Assembly: GCA_048886185.1 (NCBI GenBank)
Contig: JBHLKY010000003.1
Span: 1 to 32,000 of the forward strand
Direction of reading: 5' to 3'
Origin: Candidatus Hermodarchaeota archaeon
GTDB taxonomy: Archaea; Asgardarchaeota; Heimdallarchaeia; Hodarchaeales; Hodarchaeaceae
Length of the DNA stretch: 32,000 bases
Positions 27,758 to 32,000 of the stretch are shown here, in pieces. The notes under the pieces were generated by a model that worked only from the letters and a program-made list of their open reading frames with translations, was not told where the DNA came from and did not search any database. Made by a program: the position numbers and the translations under genes. Numbering within the stretch: position 1 is the stretch's first letter; every line of letters begins with the position of its first letter.

Positions 27758-27956
27758 ACTTCAAATCCCTTCTTGACTGGATCTTAAGGGTAGTATCAGA
27801 AGCTCTGAGACCAGTCGTTTAATTTTTTCCATTTTTCTGAAAGCCATCCTTATAATTCAGGTAAGAATAGTTCAAAATACTTCATTCTCTGATATTATAA
27901 GCTGATAAGATTCTATATTTCCAACGTTATCATGAAAAGAAACCAAGGTCTTCAAT

Positions 27957-28670
27957 ATGGAACAACTAGCGCATGGTATAACTTGGTTACTCGGTCAAGG
28001 ATTAGACTGCAATGTTTTCATTATTGAATCTGAAGATGAATCCCTATTAATCGATTCTGGATTAGGAGGCAGGATCAACTATGGTTTCGGTGTTCACCCA
28101 GACAGTCTGAGAGTTTTAAAAAAAGCCATCGAGCAAAAAAATATTGAACAGGTTTTTCTAACTCATGGACATATTGATCATGTGGGGGGTATCATGGCTC
28201 TTCAATCACAGTTTGATTTTAAGATTTCTACCTCAAAAATTGAGGCAGAATATTTGAAAACTGGAAATAGCTCCTATATTGAACCTTTCCTTGGTTCGAC
28301 ACATGATTCGGCCTCCCCCCCTATCAAGGTTTCACATGAGCTTGAGGAAGGGATGTATCTCGACATTGGAGAGTTCTCTTTTCAAGTCTTACACACACCT
28401 GGACATACTCATGGATCATCTTGTTTGTGGGATAAAAGTCACAGAATTCTCGTGAGTGGAGACACTGTTTTTCCTCAAGGATCTTTTGGAAGAACCGATC
28501 TTCTTTCAGGCAGTGATGAGGAGTTACTTTCTTCATTGCGGCGTCTTTCTGAGTTAAATGTAACAATTCTTCTCCCAGGACATATGCCCCCAGTTATTTC
28601 AACAACATCATCTCCCATCAATTCTATCAAACAGTCATTCGAGAACGCTCGGATGATGTTGGCGTACTAG
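27957..28670 (+). CDS. Metallo-beta-lactamase fold hydrolase (glyoxalase II-like)
   Basis: THGHIDHVGG, HTPGHT, SGDT, GRTD, PGH. Confidence 0.93.
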   Translation: MEQLAHGITWLLGQGLDCNVFIIESEDESLLIDSGLGGRINYGFGVHPDSLRVLKKAIEQKNIEQVFLTHGHIDHVGGIMALQSQFDFKISTSKIEAEYLKTGNSSYIEPFLGSTHDSASPPIKVSHELEEGMYLDIGEFSFQVLHTPGHTHGSSCLWDKSHRILVSGDTVFPQGSFGRTDLLSGSDEELLSSLRRLSELNVTILLPGHMPPVISTTSSPINSIKQSFENARMMLAY

Positions 28671-29156
28671 TGAAACAATTTGAAGGCATGTTTCATCAAT
28701 TGACATATCATCATTTGAAACCTCAACAATTTGGTTATATGAAAGGAGGTCGATGGCATCATAGTATGAGATATTCATTATTTCAGCTTCAATATTTGCC
28801 TCAATTTTCATTTCTGGATAATTGCGAGCAAGTAATCGTTGTTTAAGGATGTCAATACGACATCGTAATACAATGACAAGGTCAAAAATAACTTCTAAGG
28901 GAACAACCATCCCTATCAAACATAATCGTCTTTTAGTGGTTAATTCTGATTCTAAATAACTGATTAATAGGTCATCATCAATGATTACAGAGTCACGATC
29001 AATGTCATATCCTAGGTAGAATCCTTTTTCAAGAATAACTGTGTTCAATTCCACATAATCAAGTGTTAATTGCTTAGAAAGCTTCTTGGCTACACTAGTC
29101 TTTCCTGTTCCAGTTACCCCAGTGATATATAAGAGATAGGGAGAAGAGTGAGCCAT
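28635..29156 (-). CDS. Adenylate kinase 6 / Fap7-like P-loop protein
   Basis: ITGVTGTGKT, DLVIVLRC, RL..RNY...KI..NIEAE. ATG 29156 follows GGAGGT; the track extends to 29240. Confidence 0.85.
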   Translation of the reverse strand: MAHSSPYLLYITGVTGTGKTSVAKKLSKQLTLDYVELNTVILEKGFYLGYDIDRDSVIIDDDLLISYLESELTTKRRLCLIGMVVPLEVIFDLVIVLRCRIDILKQRLLARNYPEMKIEANIEAEIMNISYYDAIDLLSYNQIVEVSNDDMSIDETCLQIVSLVRQHHPSVLE

Positions 29157-29253
29157 AAGAAATACCTCCAAAGCAAAGTATTTTTCTTTATCTTTAAAAA
29201 AATCTTCTGATATATTGAAAGTTAGAGTGAAAATAATCATTTGGGTTTGAATC

Positions 29254-31731
29254 GTGGGTGCGACTATTTCAGTTTTAGCCGAGAAACCTTCTATTGCACG
29301 AGCTTTGGTTAGAGCTTTTTCTATTGTTTATAAACTCAAATTTAAAGGTCGAAGAGGCAAAACAAGATACAATTACATTTATGAAAGCACCATCGATACC
29401 CAAGAAATCTCTTTTCGGATAGAAAAAGACGAATATCGGCTGCGGAAACAGGATTATTTTTTGGTGTCAAGTGTTACGGGTCATATCCTCAATTATGACT
29501 ATCCTCCTCCTTTTGATAAAGACACGAATTGGCGTAATTCAGATCCAATAGATCTTATTGAATTGGAACCTATTGAGGTTCCAATTAAAGAGAATATGGT
29601 GGCTCACATTGAAGAAATTGGGAAAAAATCAGATGTTATTGTCATTGCCACTGATTGGGATGGCCATGGTGAGTCAATAGGACGCCAAATCCTTGAAATA
29701 GCTGCTCGTTGTAATAAGAAAATTAATCATGGCCGAATGCATTTTACAAGTACAAATCCTACCGCTCTGAGAAAAGCTTTTGAAATACAGTCAGATCTCA
29801 ATTGGGATTGGATCAAACAGGTAGATTCGTTAAGAAAACAGGATTTACGAATGGGTTCATCAATCACGCGATTTTTAACTGTTGGAATCCAAAACCAAGG
29901 GATTAAAAACCGAATGATTTCATATGGCCCTTGTCAGACAAGTGTTTTATGGTTGATAACAAATAGATTTCTGGAAAATAGAAACTTCACTCCTGAGAAA
30001 TTTTGGAGAGCCTCTGTTAAAATTTCTACCGTGGAAGACCCTTTATTTTTAGATTGGAAAGAAAATCCAATAAAAGACGAAAAAATCATTAATTCCTTAA
30101 TTTCTAAACTGAATAGAACTGCAGAAGGAATTATCACTGATTATAATGAAGAGTCAGCAACTATCAAGCGGCCTCTTCCATTAGACACCGATACTCTTGA
30201 AGCGGAATGTGCTCAGTTCTTTAGAATCAGTCCCAAACAAGTTGCAGACATTGCTGAGAAATTATATAATAATGGTCATATCACCTATCCTAGGACAGAG
30301 AGCTCTTTTTATCTTGAAAAAGACCTGACTAAATTAGCAGAGAAGTTTATTTCACATGATGAGTTTGGGTCTGTTGCTAAAGAGTGCATTGAGCTGGGGG
30401 GTACTAAAAATCCCAGCAAAGGGAGATTTACAAAAGATCATGAGCCAATAAAGCCAGTTAAGGCATCAAAACAACCTGAAATTGAAAAAATATTTGAAAA
30501 AACACCTGCAATAGCAAATCTAGCATGGAATATCTATTCATACATTGTTTGGAGATTCTTAGCTACCGTTCACTCTGATGTGGCTATAGTGAATCAATAT
30601 ATTATACTTAGTAGTGCATCTGAAGAATTCTATGCTAAGGGACGAAAAATCGTCGATTTAGGGTATTTAAGCTTCTATAAATTCAAAAGAGTAACGGGTA
30701 AAGTGCTACCTCCATTAGAGAAAGGGAGTAAGCACACTATTGAAGCCTTTAAACATCAGGGTTACACAACTCCACCTCCATTATGGAGTGAATCTCAATT
30801 AATCCGAGAAATGTCAGCATTAAACCTAGGAACTGATGCAACACGCTCGACTCACATTGATACTGTTCAAAAACGGATGTACACAACAAATAGAGGATCA
30901 AGGAGACTGTTAGAACCTACCAGTTTAGGAATGGCGCTCTATCACATATTTACAGAAAACGCTGAAGATCTGATTCTTCCCGAAATTCGAGGGAAAGTTG
31001 AATCTTGGACCCAGCAAATCAGAGACCACGAAAAAACTCCAGAAGATGTTGATAAGCTTGTGATTGAGTTGACAACTCATAGCTTGCAGAAAATGAAGGG
31101 AAATCAGGAGGAAATTTTTTCGACTCTAGTTCAAAGCATTGAGACAATGACGGGGATTGGTAAAACTTTTGGAATTTGTCCTGAATGTCAGGGAGATCTT
31201 GTTCTCCATCAGGGAAAGGGAAGCTCACGATTCTTGAAATGCTCCAATTCTCTGTGTAAAATAAGTCTTCCCTTACCAAAAAAAGGAGATTTGTCGGCAA
31301 TCGAGGGTGAAAATTGTCGTATCTGTAACGCGACTCCTCTTTTGGTTACATCTCAATCATACAATTGGATCATGTGTCCTGTTTGTTGGACAGGAAAGGC
31401 AGTAGAAGATCATCCATGGTTTTGCACAGAGTGTACCCGAACTGATTGTCCTTTCTCTGGCTCATGGGAAACTAATTCGCCTGGACAGTCTCTAGGGAGT
31501 TGTTCTGAATGCGGAGGAGACGTTCTCTTAAAATTTGATCAACAGGATACTCAAGTAATGTGCTCCAAGTGTAACCGAACTTGGAAAGCACCCAATCTTC
31601 GTAAGGGAACAACAGTTACTCCCAGTGATCCCTGTGAGAATTGTGGGCGCCAAACATTGTTTATTGCAAAACGAGGAAAAAAACCATACCGTTTATGCGT
31701 GTTCTGCTCCCTTTTCTTTTTCCAAGAGTAG
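29254..31731 (+). CDS. Type IA DNA topoisomerase III with C-terminal multi-zinc-finger region (Top3-beta-like)
   Basis: LAEKPS, TGHI, ATDWD..GE (TOPRIM), DLRMG..ITRF, SYGPCQT, catalytic ITYPRTES, DHEPI, LGTDAT; many CxxC pairs after 31177. Confidence 0.93.
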   Translation: MGATISVLAEKPSIARALVRAFSIVYKLKFKGRRGKTRYNYIYESTIDTQEISFRIEKDEYRLRKQDYFLVSSVTGHILNYDYPPPFDKDTNWRNSDPIDLIELEPIEVPIKENMVAHIEEIGKKSDVIVIATDWDGHGESIGRQILEIAARCNKKINHGRMHFTSTNPTALRKAFEIQSDLNWDWIKQVDSLRKQDLRMGSSITRFLTVGIQNQGIKNRMISYGPCQTSVLWLITNRFLENRNFTPEKFWRASVKISTVEDPLFLDWKENPIKDEKIINSLISKLNRTAEGIITDYNEESATIKRPLPLDTDTLEAECAQFFRISPKQVADIAEKLYNNGHITYPRTESSFYLEKDLTKLAEKFISHDEFGSVAKECIELGGTKNPSKGRFTKDHEPIKPVKASKQPEIEKIFEKTPAIANLAWNIYSYIVWRFLATVHSDVAIVNQYIILSSASEEFYAKGRKIVDLGYLSFYKFKRVTGKVLPPLEKGSKHTIEAFKHQGYTTPPPLWSESQLIREMSALNLGTDATRSTHIDTVQKRMYTTNRGSRRLLEPTSLGMALYHIFTENAEDLILPEIRGKVESWTQQIRDHEKTPEDVDKLVIELTTHSLQKMKGNQEEIFSTLVQSIETMTGIGKTFGICPECQGDLVLHQGKGSSRFLKCSNSLCKISLPLPKKGDLSAIEGENCRICNATPLLVTSQSYNWIMCPVCWTGKAVEDHPWFCTECTRTDCPFSGSWETNSPGQSLGSCSECGGDVLLKFDQQDTQVMCSKCNRTWKAPNLRKGTTVTPSDPCENCGRQTLFIAKRGKKPYRLCVFCSLFFFQE

Positions 31732-31950
31732 TGATTACTGCATATTTCTTAGATTTTTAACCAGTCAATCAATTTTCTATATATTTTCTTCAACGAGAGG
31801 TTTATGTGTATAAAAGTATTCATAACAAGATAATCTAAAATGCCATAACTTATAAGTTATGGGAATAACATGATATAAAATACTTTAATTTATTCTTATG
31901 ATAACTTCCAACAACTTAATATGAAAAAGAGATCCTGTTTGGTGAAATAG

Positions 31951-32000
31951 ATGAGTACAGAAACCCTAGAAAAGGACCCTGCGCCATCAGCAATTCGTTA
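31951..32000 (+). CDS. Probable start of a CDS running off the window (MSTETLEKDPAPSAIR...)
   Basis: ATG preceded by GGTGA at 5 nt; open to the window end. Confidence 0.45.
   Translation, partial: MSTETLEKDPAPSAIR

Noticed and set aside
27767-27816. HDV-like ribozyme reading of the pseudoknot
   Set aside because: No room for P3/L3 and no J4/2 catalytic C; kept only as a generic structure candidate.
1-32000. CRISPR array, tRNA or rRNA genes
   Set aside because: No regularly spaced repeats or cloverleaf-like GC-rich segments seen in any intergenic region by eye.

Overview
AT-rich archaeal chromosomal window, most likely Asgard (inference from the rpl7ae-rps28e-rpl24e operon, the archaeal modified mevalonate pathway, a eukaryote-like Top3 and a long TrmB/coiled-coil protein). 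Conserved core: rli1(ABCE1)-tsr3-UPF0179-slyD, rpl7ae-rps28e-rpl24e, an almost complete lower Aeropyrum-type mevalonate cluster (mvk, UbiD-like AMPD, both AcnX/PMDh subunits, ubiX, fni; no ipk), pgk, AK6 and a type IA topoisomerase. Best leads: (1) a translationally coupled pair of opine dehydrogenase plus a fused B12-binding/TIM-barrel mutase-like protein with no pathway known to me; (2) a TnpB ORF that ends cleanly just before RuvC; (3) a topoisomerase III with Top3-beta-like core motifs and C-terminal zinc cluster; (4) a 75-bp direct repeat of the rpl7ae 5' end bracketing an orphan membrane gene; (5) a TrmB-like protein with about 500 aa of coiled coil inserted. I saw no tRNA, rRNA or CRISPR array. 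All family assignments come from motif recognition and memory; no searches were run.
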